Source: Balanoglossus misakiensis
Taxonomy: Eukaryota > Animalia > Hemichordata
Length of the DNA stretch: 64,000 bases
Direction: 5' to 3'
Assembly (NCBI GenBank): GCA_040954595.2
Contig: CM082598.2
Coordinates: 4,479,097-4,543,096, forward strand
The position numbers and the translations under genes were made by a program. The notes under the pieces are model-generated. The model had not been told where the DNA came from, ran no database searches, and worked only from the letters and a program-made list of their open reading frames with translations. Positions 10,621 through 22,832 of the stretch are shown here, piece by piece; position 1 is the stretch's first letter; every line of letters starts with the position of its first letter.

Positions 10621-11429
10621 TTGAATGACAAAGTGACCTTTGACCTGATTGGCTCCTCAGACTGACCTACCATTTGTGAACTTTGCCTTTTGATATTACA
10701 CATTAAAATTTTTGGCTTCATGTCAAGAACAGCATTCATTGCTACCCTTCATATTTTTCCCCTTAAGGAATAGCGAGTTTGTTGAAGCATGCAGTTTTGT
10801 TTGTGCGAGGTGAGGGCAAATGGTACTGAGGGTCAAGGGTCAACTATACAGGGCTGAACATGTCCCATCATTAAACTTTACTAACAACTGAACCAAGGGA
10901 CCCATGGTAACCATGGTAACAATTATCTAGGTACACAACTACTGGTACATTTGTAAACCATGGATCTTTCGGGGTCTTTCTGTCTATGGATGTGGACTAA
11001 AGCAGAGATGATCATCCTGGTACATGTACATATGAAAACACATACTGTACAATGATTTCGGTATCACTGTTGACCATGAGACAACACATAAAACAAGATT
11101 CTGGCCGTTTGATAACTGCTTGTGGTTTCACCTTATTGTGTTGATTTACCTTGTGAAAACGAGGGACTGTGTTTCAAGTGAATTAGTAATAGGTCGAGGG
11201 GCAAGTGTCGTTTTTTACACTAATCAAATCTACGCTGTTCTACAATATGTCATGGCTTTGCACTCCGACTCGAGGTCATCATATGCACTGACTTAATTTT
11301 CGAGCGAGTGCGACGCGCTTGCGGTTATTGGTGGATTGAAATGGCTATTGACTCACCCTCGACATTTTCCAATCACACATCGCATTACTCACCCGAACAA
11401 ACCAGTATCAACAGAACAGACAAATACTT

Positions 11430-11580
11430 ACTCTTTCTGTCAGGGTCACAAAATATTGCCATCAACAACAAAGCTACGAAGGTCGCCATCTTTGCTTATG
11501 TCTCCCTAACTACCTGTACTTTAGTCGATTTGACCCCACAGCCTGGCGTGGCCGGACAGGCCGCCAAGGTCACCGCACTT
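11430..11580 (-). promoter_or_regulatory. Probable promoter and non-coding first exon of the USP-like gene
   Basis: CpG-richer patch, YY1-type AAGATGGCGAC on the minus strand (~11482-11492), and minus-strand donors GTAAGT (~11426-11431) and GTGAGT (~11351, ~11387) upstream of the acceptor at ~10390. Confidence 0.5.
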
Positions 11581-13084
11581 TGAGGGATCCGCCATTAGAT
11601 TTTAGAAGGGGTGATCAGTTTGAAGAGATTCAATTAAATGTAGTTTGTTATGTTTCCACGATTGATAATTATTTTAAATTACCTTTTTATTGCTACCAAT
11701 GCACAATATTCTGTGTTCTCCCTAAACATTATGATAGTTTGCCTATCATAAGTCTCTACTTTAAATTTTCTTCAAGCGAACAGATTACACAGAGAATGGC
11801 GGCCATTTTGAACTTCAAATTTGAGACAATTTGGCTCTCTTACTCTTAATTTTAAGACAGATAATCTAAAATACGGGGATTTTTAAGGAAAATATGTCCT
11901 TCAATGTGTTTTCCTTCTTTAGGATCTTCAATCACACATTTATAACCACTTTGAGTGACAATAAATATTACAGCAAACAATCATGAAGTCTGAGATATCA
12001 ATGTTACTTTTATTTAACAAGATTACAGTACATAAAATTAAAACTGTGTGAATATGAAAAAAAATTATCATCACACACTGATTCTCTATCAGAATGTTCC
12101 AAGTGTCAGACACAATTACACTCTTTGCTACTGACTTGGCACTGTTAGGAATATATATAGGCAACATGATAGGTGAAGTTCCAGTCAGACCTCAATACAC
12201 TAACATGGCGATCTCATTTGTCCATGCTTTAATATAACAAACCATAGATATTCACAGACACGACCCACAACGCTCATGCAAATTGGATTCTAAACGACAC
12301 ACTTCACAAGTTACCTTTTACACTAGTCACTGCTGACAAGTGGGAAAATTCAGTGTTAAAACTACACCATGTCCTAAAAAATACACCTAGTCTACCAACA
12401 TATCAGAGAACTCGCCACTAAAAGTCATTGTACTGGAATTTTGAAAATAATACAATAGGCTTCAACTGAAAAGGTACAAAATAAAGAAAACTTGTCACGC
12501 TGTGACATTTTTGAAAGAATGACACAAGTTAAAATACGTCTTTGTCTAAAAGTTCTGACATTGTACATTGAGTAAGCATATAGAACAAAATTTCAGTATG
12601 TCCTCACAACAGTTTAACTTAAATCTGCCATCTTGAAATTCTGTCGACAAAATGCGATTTCTTTTCACTCAATGTAGCATAAACCTATTTAACGTGCTAA
12701 AACTCCATCTCAACTACTTCCCAAGTTGTTGTTGTTGTTTTCTAAAACGCTTTTTTTGCTGAAGGGCTAGATGTGGCGAAATCCTTCAGAACAGTTGGAT
12801 TTTTATCTTTAACTGCTTTCCCGTGTTCCTGTGGGTTGAAATAAAAATTGCATTAATACATACAATGCTGAGATACACTAAAATACTGCAATACAACAAA
12901 ATACACTATGCCAATACAACTACAATACAATACAACATAATACAACATGTATTACAACAGTCAAGGATTTTGATAAAGAACAAAGATGTAGCTATGATTT
13001 TTGGATGATCGTACTTTTGATGCATCCATAGGAAAATTTATGTTAAGCTGAGAAAACGACACATCCAGATTGATTACCATCACC

Positions 13085-16000
13085 TCATTCCGACCCCAAA
13101 CTGAACACAAACACAGGCAGTCTCTTCTTGCGGACTACCGTAAAATCGACTTTCTTTAAAGACTACTTGCTGAATTCCATTGAAGATGAAAGCAAGTAGC
13201 AGTAACTTTTCCTTCCGAGACACTTACACTGGATTTACGACAGTGCAGTTGTGTCCGGCAGTGCTCCCCATACGCAACATCTGGGTCCTTCACAAGAACC
13301 TCACACACTAAACAGTAGTAGGCTGGTACGATAACATTCTGGCCTGAAATTTGCAAAGAAGAGAGCAAGAATCAATCAAACGGGTTAATCGTTGTCATTA
13401 TCGATTGTATTCAAGCTCATTATAGTGACAAAAAGAAAGAAACACAATGACCAGCACACTTATCTGTGTAAACACAAAAAGTAGCCAGGTGTTTTGAAAA
13501 GTGTGAGCACATGCTTTCCCTTCTTACCTAGAGGTGTTTCGCCAAATTTACCCTTCTCTCTCCCGTTTTCTGACTCCGGATTCGAAGCAGTCTCCTCGTC
13601 CTCACTGCCAAGGTCGAAGCCATCACTCTCCTCCGCCTCGTCATCATCGCCACGGTTTCCTTCCTCATCCGTCATCTTCACATCATCTGCTTTTTCTTTC
13701 GCATCAGCTTTAACCTCCTTGATTTTGTCTTCCAACACATCGGGGAGCATCGGCTCTTTATCGATGACCCACTTTGGCTCTTCCTTTGTTCGATCTCCAC
13801 CCCCTGATGCCTCACACTTCATGCCTTCTTCCGCACCAGCCGTTCTCTCAATCATCGGCACTCCCTCATCACTAGCTTTGACATCTGTACCACTCTCAGC
13901 AGTCGTTTCCTCAGCACCATCCTTTCCACTTGTCGCCACGGTGACAGATTCCGATGCATCCATCTTCTCAACATCTTTCGATTCAGTCTCTTTTTCTGAT
14001 ACACCAACTTTCAAATCGTACACTCGCCTGATGTTTTTGATAATCGCTTGGTAACAAACCTTTCTTGCAAGATGAGTCGTTCTACCGGCATGAATCTCAA
14101 ATTCCTGTTCAGAAAAATACACACCGACTCAGACTAGAAATTGCAACGTCAGAACGTGGGACATGGCTAATCATTAATATTCATGCATTTAATATGCATA
14201 CCATTAATATTCATGTCTGTTGCAAGTCAAACCCATTCATCAATGTATCAAAATGAGACAATGCACTAGACTGGGTATACAATAGTGCCTGCTGGCAGCC
14301 TTTCTTTGCTGGCTTTTTCATTTGGGTTCTAGTCGGGCCTGCGTTGGAGAACCCCGCACATATCTCCATGGAACTACACATGCCCAAACAATCAATACCA
14401 TACTTACATCCTTTTTATTGCACTGTTGCTCACAGATGTAACAAAACCATTGATTTTCCCCACTAGCCTTGAATTTCAACATTTCCTCACGGTCCTGCCA
14501 AAAAAATAAAATTCATAAATGTCATCGAAGAGTACATTTTACACATCCTATCATTACCATAGCAATGGTTGCTAGGCAATATTACAAGTTTAGCTTAATA
14601 TGAAACTGGAATTGGTGCAGTTAAGAGTGCCACCACTCAGCCACAAGAGGATTAACATGACCAGACACTAGGCCATAATCAGCAATGCAAAAAGACGTAC
14701 CTCAATAATTTCTTTCAGAATACTCATATCGTTTGTTTCAAAGGCTTTCTTCGTTTTGACTGTCAGTTCCAACATGGACTTCATCGCCACATGCCGTAGT
14801 GACAATTTGTGCTTTCCCACAGTCTGTGTAAAACAAAAAAAATAAAATACTAGTAAAATTCTCGTCAGAATTGCAATGTACATGTACCCTGCAATTCGTC
14901 TTGAGATGTGGATAGATTTATATACACACACTATTTACTGCAGTAATAAACAAATAAAGTTATGAGTGCATACATACATACATACATACATACATACATA
15001 CATACATACATACATACATACATACATACATACATACATACATACATACATACATACATACATACATAGACAGACAGACAGACAGACACTAGATTTGTGG
15101 TCAAAGCAATACCTTCGAAGTTACAGTTGTTTTGACGATGTCAATTGTACAAATAAGACACTCTAAGGTGCCTCCTTTACTAATTTCTCTCATTTCGATA
15201 TTCAATCTCTCTTCAAGAGTTTTCTGCAAATGAACAAAATTACAATGTAAGGAAAGCATGCATGATGCAAACAAAGTCATGGTCAGTAGGCCACTTTCAT
15301 GACCCCTGAGTGCCCTTAGCAAAACAAACTAACAGTCAGTCAGACATAAAATTTGCTCATTAATACGTGTTTGTATGGGTTTAGAAATATGTAGACAGGC
15401 TATTATCTAAATCTCTATCTTTCTAGTGACAATGTTACAATACTGTTTTCTCAAAATTCTGCATGTAAGGCTATAGAATGTAAAATGAATGCACTGCATC
15501 TGGGTATAGTCTTCAACTGTTTGTAAGTTGTTCAGGGAACCAGACAACATTCACGACTTCCTTACCGCTGTTTTCAGGGCGCTATCCACCGTCTCCGGCT
15601 TGCCGAGTTCATCGATCACCTGACACAGCTTCAGGGTTTCTGTGTAAAGTGTCATGGTCGACTTGTGCTTTGGCAGTTCTTTGTGATCCCTCAACTGCCA
15701 AAGAAAAAAAATACAAAACGGGGAAAAAAGTTCTCACAACGGGAAACAACGTAAAAGGCGTAACATTGAATGATCAATTCCACAGTTAAAGGTATACAGT
15801 CACCTTCAATTTACATACGCCCTTATATGGCTGAAATGGCGTATTTGAGCGTTCTAAAGAGCATATGGTGGCGCTCTTTTTTTTGCGTGTGCTACCCACT
15901 GAAAATCTGTGATTGGCTAGATCTCAATTTACCATGGTAACTATAGCTAATTTTTCATCGGTGACCGTATACCTTTAACACATGGTGGTGAATGGGCCAA

Positions 16001-19000
16001 ACCCCTGGTCATTCTGAGTGATCCCAACAGTCAGTGGAAAGATGACAAGGGGGTGACTGACCTAGAACCTCCAGGGGGTGACTGACCTAGAACCCTCAGC
16101 CAACTCACCTCAGGTATCATGTCTTTGGGCATAAAACAAACCAAACAGAACTCTGTTCCGTACACTTTCTTCATTCTCTCTTCCAGTGGCATTTCCTCAA
16201 TCTCCTGCTGAGAGAAGGCAATAAGGGAGAACCATTTAATATCTTGGGGAGGGGACGGAGGATTTTTTTCCGGGGGGGGGGGGGGGGGGGGGGGGGTGCA
16301 CAGGGAAAAAAAACAATAAAACAATTGCTCTATGATACCTTGAGAAAAAAAGTAAGACTGCCATTGAATAGAAATACATGTCCTTACCGGGTTCTCCAGA
16401 ATCTTTTTCCGATAATAATTCCATTTTTCAATTTCAGTTGACCTTTCTTCCTTGCGAGTTTGTGCATGTATTCTTGTAGACTTTTTCTTGGAGTCATTTC
16501 TCGGTGGTTTGTTGGTCTTGGCTTTTGGTGGTTCCTAAAAACAGAAAAATTATGTTGACAGAGAGCTAGAACTGATACAATATACATACACATGTCCATA
16601 CAGACAGATACAGCATGTACAAACAACTTCTGTTGAAAATGCATGTATAAAGAATGGATGCTAAAACAAAAGACAAAATTACTCACTTCTTTTTTGGACG
16701 CAATCTGTCGTAGTTTCATTGCTTTCATGCTATTCCTCACTGCAACATGAGAATGGCTGTGCTGGTGATTTGATGCAGCCTGCAAAGACATGAAGAGTAA
16801 GATATATTAAAGGGACAAAGTCTCTCTCCAGCTGCCCTCTTTCCATTGATTATGTTTGATACAAGACACTGGTTATGTTAATGTACATGTGGATATATAG
16901 TGAATCAATGATCAACCACACAAAACTTCCATCCCACTTGTATGATATGAGAGTAAAAACTCACCGAAAATGAATAAATGGTAAAGAACGATTATTCATT
17001 CTGGCGAGTTTTTTCACTCTCCTGTCTATAAGAGGGATGGAAGTTTTGTGTGGTTGAACGTTCATTCACTATATATCCACATGTAGAATAACATAAACGG
17101 TGTCTTGTATCAAATATAATTAATGGGAAAAAAGGGCAGCGAGAGAGAGACTTTGTCCCTTTCATCCTCTGTGACTGTGAGTATTGTTGGTGTGACTGAC
17201 GGGTTTCAATCAATACACGCACGATTTGCAGAAACACGCAATGCTTACTGTATACCAGAAGTGCGTTATCGGAAAATGTCACTCCTGATATACAATCTGT
17301 TTAGTTTTTCAACAACTACTGTCAAACCTCTGTTCGTGACCATCCCTATATAGTGGTCACCTATATAGGGATGGCCACAACCAGTATAGTGGCCACTTTG
17401 TTACAGTCCCTGTGCAATTCGCATGTGCATTAATTAACCTCTATATAAAGGCCACCTGTCTATAAAGGCCAGTTTAGGAACCTCCCTTGGCTGGCCACTA
17501 ATGACAGGTTCGACTGTACAGAGGTGACCACTATATAGAGGTGGCCACTAACAGAAGTTTGACTGTATATCAAAAGGCATGGAAACTATTGAAGTGAAAA
17601 TTCAAGACATATCAAAACCACTGTTTGTGGGTTGCATGATACAAGACCTATCACTCAAATACCGCAATACCGGTCATCAAATTCGCAACGAGTGTATCAC
17701 CAGTAACCTTCTATAACTTCAGGAGTATCAATCCAGTGTTACATGTATGTAGGTCGGTGCTAGCTCTCTGTCTGGATTACATTAGCACAACGATCAGTAA
17801 AGATGTTTAACCCTTGCACCTTGACCTTGGTGACCTATGACCCTCTGGTGACCTATGGCATCGTTGGGAGCGTTCTTCCTATACAGGTTCAGAGGGGGTG
17901 AGTCCAGCACAAATACCAGCCATATTCTCCAATCAATCCATCCTGCTTGTAAAAAGGAAACTCATGTAATACTGTAACTTGACTCACCTTTGCACTCCCA
18001 AAGTCCTTATCACACAGTGCACAATGGTAGGTCTGTCTATCCAGTGTGAACACTTCAAACTTCAGTTTGTATGCAACTGTTTTCTATAAGACACAGAATT
18101 AAAAAAATAGCGTCAATGACAATGGCCTTGGGTTATGTCAGAGCCAGCAAAATTCAACAAGACTTTTGACTAAAGTTATACACATGCGTGATGGAAAATT
18201 CCGGATCAAAGCTGGATTTTCTCTAAAAAAAAATTCAGAATTCTACTTACCGGTCGTTTTTGCAGAAACGGGAAGAATATTTTTGGAGGTCTTTCGGGTC
18301 CAAGATAAGTGGCGGCGTTTCCCTGGGTGGTTACCATGGCGCTGCCAAATGACGGCAAATGTGCTCCCTGCTTGATATCCCATCTGTTGCCCCCTTGATT
18401 GCGTTGTTGTTGTTGTTGATTTTGCCATTTCTGCTGGCCTGGAGAATTACCACTGCCTGACAGACGCCGGAATTTCCCACCTTGCTTCGGGCTCTCACTA
18501 AGTGCCTAGGACAAAGTTTGCATTCTCGTAGTAAATAACTCATACACACTGTGCAACATTTCACAGGTTGGCCACCAAGCATAGCCACTCTATGACAGGC
18601 CACTTTCATGATGACCCCTATGTGAACTCTACATCCTGGCATTTCGAGCCGAAACTCTGGAGCAGTCAACCATTAGTTACAAATGGGTCCACCATCCAGA
18701 CCACAAGTAAAAGCAATGCCTTACTTTTCAGGTTTCTGGTAAAACTGCACAGTGTACTATGACACTTAAAAATATATACTTAATTGTTGATCCTTTTCAA
18801 GTTTTTTTATTACCCGGTATTTTAACAAGAAGTCACAGAAGATTGTGATTCTCATTAAAACCAGGACCCAGCAAAATGACTGTGCATGTCAGCAGGTCAG
18901 GTGGGCAATCCATATGCATGCCAGTGGACCATCGCACCAAAAGCAGATGGTTCTGGAGGCACAGCGCTGTACATAAACTATGTACACTAAAATTTGCGCC

Positions 19001-21460
19001 TCACTTGAAGACAAGAGTCATAAAAACAAATACATTGTAGTGTTCTCCCTAGGAATTTCTGATAGAGTTTTACTATTTTGCATAACAATATATTCAATTG
19101 TTATGGTTTTGTTTTCTCCATAATAAAGAGTTTTGACCAAGACTCTTTAATTGTTCTGGGGAGAACACTGAAATATGAAGTATCACCCTACCCTGTTCTC
19201 ATTTCTCCTTTTGCGTCCGACTTGATTGCTCCCCAAGCTCAGTCCACCGGAAGCGTACCCCAGTTGGGGAGACAAGAAAGCCTGTGAGGTGTTCAGTCTT
19301 CGCCCAACGTCGAGGCCAACCTGGCCCGCACTGCCGCCTTGCATACCGGCGCGCCCGTAGTCAAATAGCTGTCGGCCAGCCAGGTTACCCTGCTGTGTGT
19401 TTCCGTGTGTCTGCATCTGGTCCGCAAAGCCGGGACGGGATGGTTGACGGATCTGATTCCCGGAGAAGCCCGGACCAAGATCGAAAGATCCCGAGCGGCC
19501 CATGGCGCCGGAATTCCGGCTCATCATAGAGGCTGGCATTGGAGCCTCTTGATTGAAACGGGAGCCCTGCAGTTGGGAAGCTCCCAATTGCATGGCAGTG
19601 TCCCCCAGCAAACCAGGCAGTGCAGCTTGGTAACGCGATCTGTCATCTTGAAAACTAGGGTGCCTGGCAGCCACTTGCTCATTGAGTCCCTGCATTTGAG
19701 AAGTTCCCAATTGCATGGGAGTGTCTCTCTGCAAACCAGTTTGGTAACGCGATCTGTCATCTTGAAAACTAGGGTGCCTGGCAGCCACTTGCTCATTGAG
19801 TCCCTGCATTTGAGAAGTTCCCAATTGCATGGGAGTGTCTCTCTGCAAACCAGTTTGGTAACGCGATCTGTCATCTTGAAAACCAGGGCGTGGGCCCCTC
19901 TGGGACTGAGCCAGGGGCGGCTCACCACTGGCATAGCCACCTTGGTTTTGCAGCCCGCCTGGTTTGTCATCATAGGCTTCTGTGTACTGGATCGTTGTCT
20001 GTGAGTCAACATGGCCGGCACATAGCCGTCTTTCCGTGACTTGTTTATTCCTCCGGTTGTTCTGATCGATCGGATTACGCATGAAGTCATCGGATCGCGA
20101 TCGGGATGGGCCAACCGCTTCGTCTTGCCGGTTGTCGCCGCCCGGGAATTTCTGACCGACCGCGCCGAAAAGGACCGACTGTGCTTCTCTTTCGAGATCC
20201 GACAGCTCAGAGTACATGGTTCGCATCTGATCGGCCTTGTCGCGATCCACGCCCCCGGCCGCCATGCACTGCTCGATCAGAGCCTTCTGCTGCCGGATGG
20301 TCTCCAGCTGGGAGTGCGCCTGCTGCGAGCTGGACACAGAGTCCACCTGGTCTGGCTGGTACGGCGCGTCGTCTTGCCAAGTGGTTGGCTGAGACTGTTG
20401 CCGTGGCAACGGGGACGCGAGGGACCCCGATTGCTGTTGGGGGTCGTCGTACGGGGAAGAAAATGGGTCTCGTTGCCGGTTTTGACCACCGTACTGCTGG
20501 GCCACTCTCATCCCGTGTGATGGCTGTTCAGGGCAACCGTACTGCGATGTTGATCTAACCCCATGAGATGGCCGTTCTGGGCCACCGTACTGCTGTGTCA
20601 TTCTCACCCCTTGAGAAGGCTGTTCACGATCACGGCCTCCGTACAGCTCAGTTACATTCTCAAACGAGCGCCCTCTTTGTTCATAAGAGCTACTCTGTAA
20701 ACTGCTATACATTCCTCTGTCCATTTGGCCTGAAAGTTCACAAGAAATATCTATTATTCTCTCACTAGTTGAGAACACTTTGATTCACTTTGGCATATTC
20801 ACCATGCCATGGATACATCTATTAGAGACGGCCATGAAAATGGAAAATGTCAACAATGGCAGCAGAATATAATTTGCAAAGCTATACATATGATAGCAAC
20901 CCCCTCTGGAGGAAACATGCACAGACATAGAATCTCTTGTAGTTTGCCCTCCTAATGTGTAGTGGTTTAGCCTGGTATTGGATGTTGGGACACCAAGACC
21001 AATTGACGTGCACACACAACCGATGCAATATTTGACATGCACTGCAGGTCCTCAAATTAACTAGTGAACGCAAAGCCCCCCCCCCCTCCCCTTGTCCGAC
21101 GGTGATGCAACTGGAAGATAAATCAGTAGGTCTTAACTTAACTTAACTATCACTGGTTTATTCAGAGCCTGTGTGACATTATCAGTGTGTTACATGCACA
21201 GGCCCTCAAATCAACGACACGAGGACCCTCTGATATCAATGGGGCTTCGAGATGTTGATTTCTACTTTGAGGGGGAGGGCCTGTGATCACAATCCATGTA
21301 CGCTGTAGCGTACAGTCCCTGAATGATTACTGGCTATAAAACTGGACTGCTATAAGATTATACAAATACATTGAATATCTCTACCGATTTTACCGACACC
21401 GTGCCTTTGATTTTTACCTCTCATTTGGTCAGAATACCGGCGTCCGATGCGAGGATCCAT
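13085..21460 (-). CDS. Multi-exon protein with Q/G/R/S-rich N-terminus, four U1/matrin-type C2H2 fingers, acidic region and C-terminal matrin-type finger (CIZ1/Pep/matrin-like nuclear protein)
   Basis: Frame-consistent exons: 21418-21460, 19192-20729, 18251-18505, 17988-18083, 16687-16779, 16388-16534, 16109-16207, 15566-15694, 15113-15223, 14701-14823, 14408-14494, 13528-14104, 13228-13343, and probably 13085-13153 (alternatively read-through to the stop at 13156). Fingers: CALC..HQHSHSH, CLVC..HKELPKH, CLIC..HKLSLRH, CYIC..HAGRTTH, and GQNVIVPAYYCLVC..EHCRTQLH. Confidence 0.8.
14968..15088. repeat. (CATA)n(GACA)n microsatellite
   Basis: Direct reading of the sequence. Confidence 0.95.
15790..15974. 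mobile_element. Kolobok-like MITE family B (185 bp)
   Basis: TTAA-AGGTATACAGTCACC...GGTGACCGTATACCT-TTAA. A second copy in the opposite orientation starts at 37978. Confidence 0.82.
16811..17160. mobile_element. MITE family A, full copy
   Basis: TTAA-AGGGACAAAGTC...GACTTTGTCCCT-TTCA. Confidence 0.85.
17317..17567. mobile_element. Tc1/pogo(Tigger)-like MITE (CAGTCAAACC-type TIR, TA flanks)
   Basis: TACTGTCAAACCT...GTTTGACTGTA with internal TGGCCAC repeats. Related copies at ~27374-27522, ~49272-49439 and ~23170-23212. Confidence 0.65.
19565..19883 (-). repeat. Coding tandem repeat, 114-bp (38-aa) unit, ~2.7 copies
   Basis: FQDDRSRYQTGLQRDTPMQLGTSQMQGLNEQVAARHPS is repeated. Nucleotide units start at 19630, 19744 and 19858 and are nearly identical. 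Confidence 0.92.
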
Positions 21461-21490
21461 CTTGGCACATGTAAACTTCCTGTCCCCCAC
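21455..21490 (-). promoter_or_regulatory. Proximal promoter of the zinc-finger gene (ETS site and YY1-like motif overlapping ATG)
   Basis: The minus strand reads ACAGGAAGT followed by CCAAGATGG, which overlaps the start codon at 21460. Confidence 0.45.
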
Positions 21491-22832
21491 AATCCATTGC
21501 GACAAAACCCTACAAAAGTGCGATACGTCGTTGATGGCGCTAAATGATAAATAAATATCTTACAGGATCTTGAATTCTGGTAAAGCATAATTTGAAAATG
21601 CATATTTTTATTGTGTGGTGGTTTAATTAAATATTTTAATGTCTTTGAGCGCTGGAATCTGGGAAACAGGTCGTGACCTGAGGTCACCACATGGGCACGA
21701 TTTGCATATATCCATGTGCATTAATAATTTGTGTAGTGACATTGACCACTTAACTTGCTGGAATTTCCATGGTTTAATGGTCCAATTCCATTGTTTTTCT
21801 GGTAAAAATGGACCTCTACGGAGGGAAATGGGGATGAAAGAATTAAAATCTGCATGTTTATACCACTAAGTACACAAATCCCTTCACAGGAATGTATTTC
21901 TATGGCCATGTTGTACACATGGTTTTTAGTATCCAATAGACTTTTGGTTTCACTTATTGACAACACTACCAGTAATTACAAAATGCATTATTACCGGTAA
22001 ATAAATGATCACCCATGCAACACATATTTGTTCCCATTTTAATTTTTTTTATTTAATTCCCAACTTGAAAATCCTCTACATAACTGATAATAAATTCCTC
22101 AGTGCAAGAATATGAAATCAATTACAATGGCTCTCGTACTTCTACACAAGTAATCTTTCACCAATGTCTAGATACCGTATACCCTGCCATTACAAAAGTT
22201 TCCCTTGGTATAAATGCTGATTTGCAAAACTCGATACTGCCATGTAAAACAGGAGTTCAATTAAAACAGGTCGTCTGGGGCAAAAAAAAATTCATGAAGG
22301 GTTCATTATTGCAAAGAAAGTACCTGTTCGATAACTTTCGGGGCCAGTGTATCCCAAACAAAAAATTCATAAGGATTAACGTTTCTGTTTTTAAAAGAGG
22401 TGGGTGTGGTCGTTGATGGCGTTTTTTTCTCAGCGATATTTTATCAGAAGTACAAAATATACACCACAGTGGCAAGAAATGTATTTATCCGATAGAAACA
22501 TGCATAATGTGCAAGTTCTGAAACAAACCTATACCAGAATAGACTACAGTGATGATTCAACACTATGTCAAAAAGGTCTGAATGAATATTTCAGAGAAGA
22601 AACTTTTGACACAGAAGGGACAAAGTATGGACCCGTGACACGAGTACGCAAAACAGACATCTTGAATATCTGACAAAGTAATGAAATAACTATTTCAGTT
22701 TTATGTGTTCTCTGATTATTCGGTGATATCAAATGAGCTAAAGAGATAGAAGGAGACACCCCCCCCCCCCCCCATTTGAACCGTCAACCAAATCTCAAGT
22801 CGAAATATCTTCAGCGTCGCCTTTTCAAATGT

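Noticed and set aside
13494-14054. 186-aa Ser-rich plus-strand ORF
   Set aside because: Antisense shadow of the acidic exon 13528-14104.
14966-15166. HTYI-repeat ORF and similar ORFs at 53793-54100
   Set aside because: Translations of microsatellites.
16272-16296. Poly-G/poly-C tracts here and at ~1470, 2119, 4810, 22759, 27821 and 42209, and the resulting poly-Pro/Gly ORFs
   Set aside because: Common homopolymer runs in introns, with no support for coding or specific function.
18243-18428. ORF MAKSTTTTTQ as exon frame
   Set aside because: Splice phases require the other frame (ALSESPKQ...QKRP, 18251-18505).
19284-20768. Several 80-200-aa ORFs overlapping the large low-complexity exon
   Set aside because: Alternate-frame and antisense shadows of exon 19192-20729.
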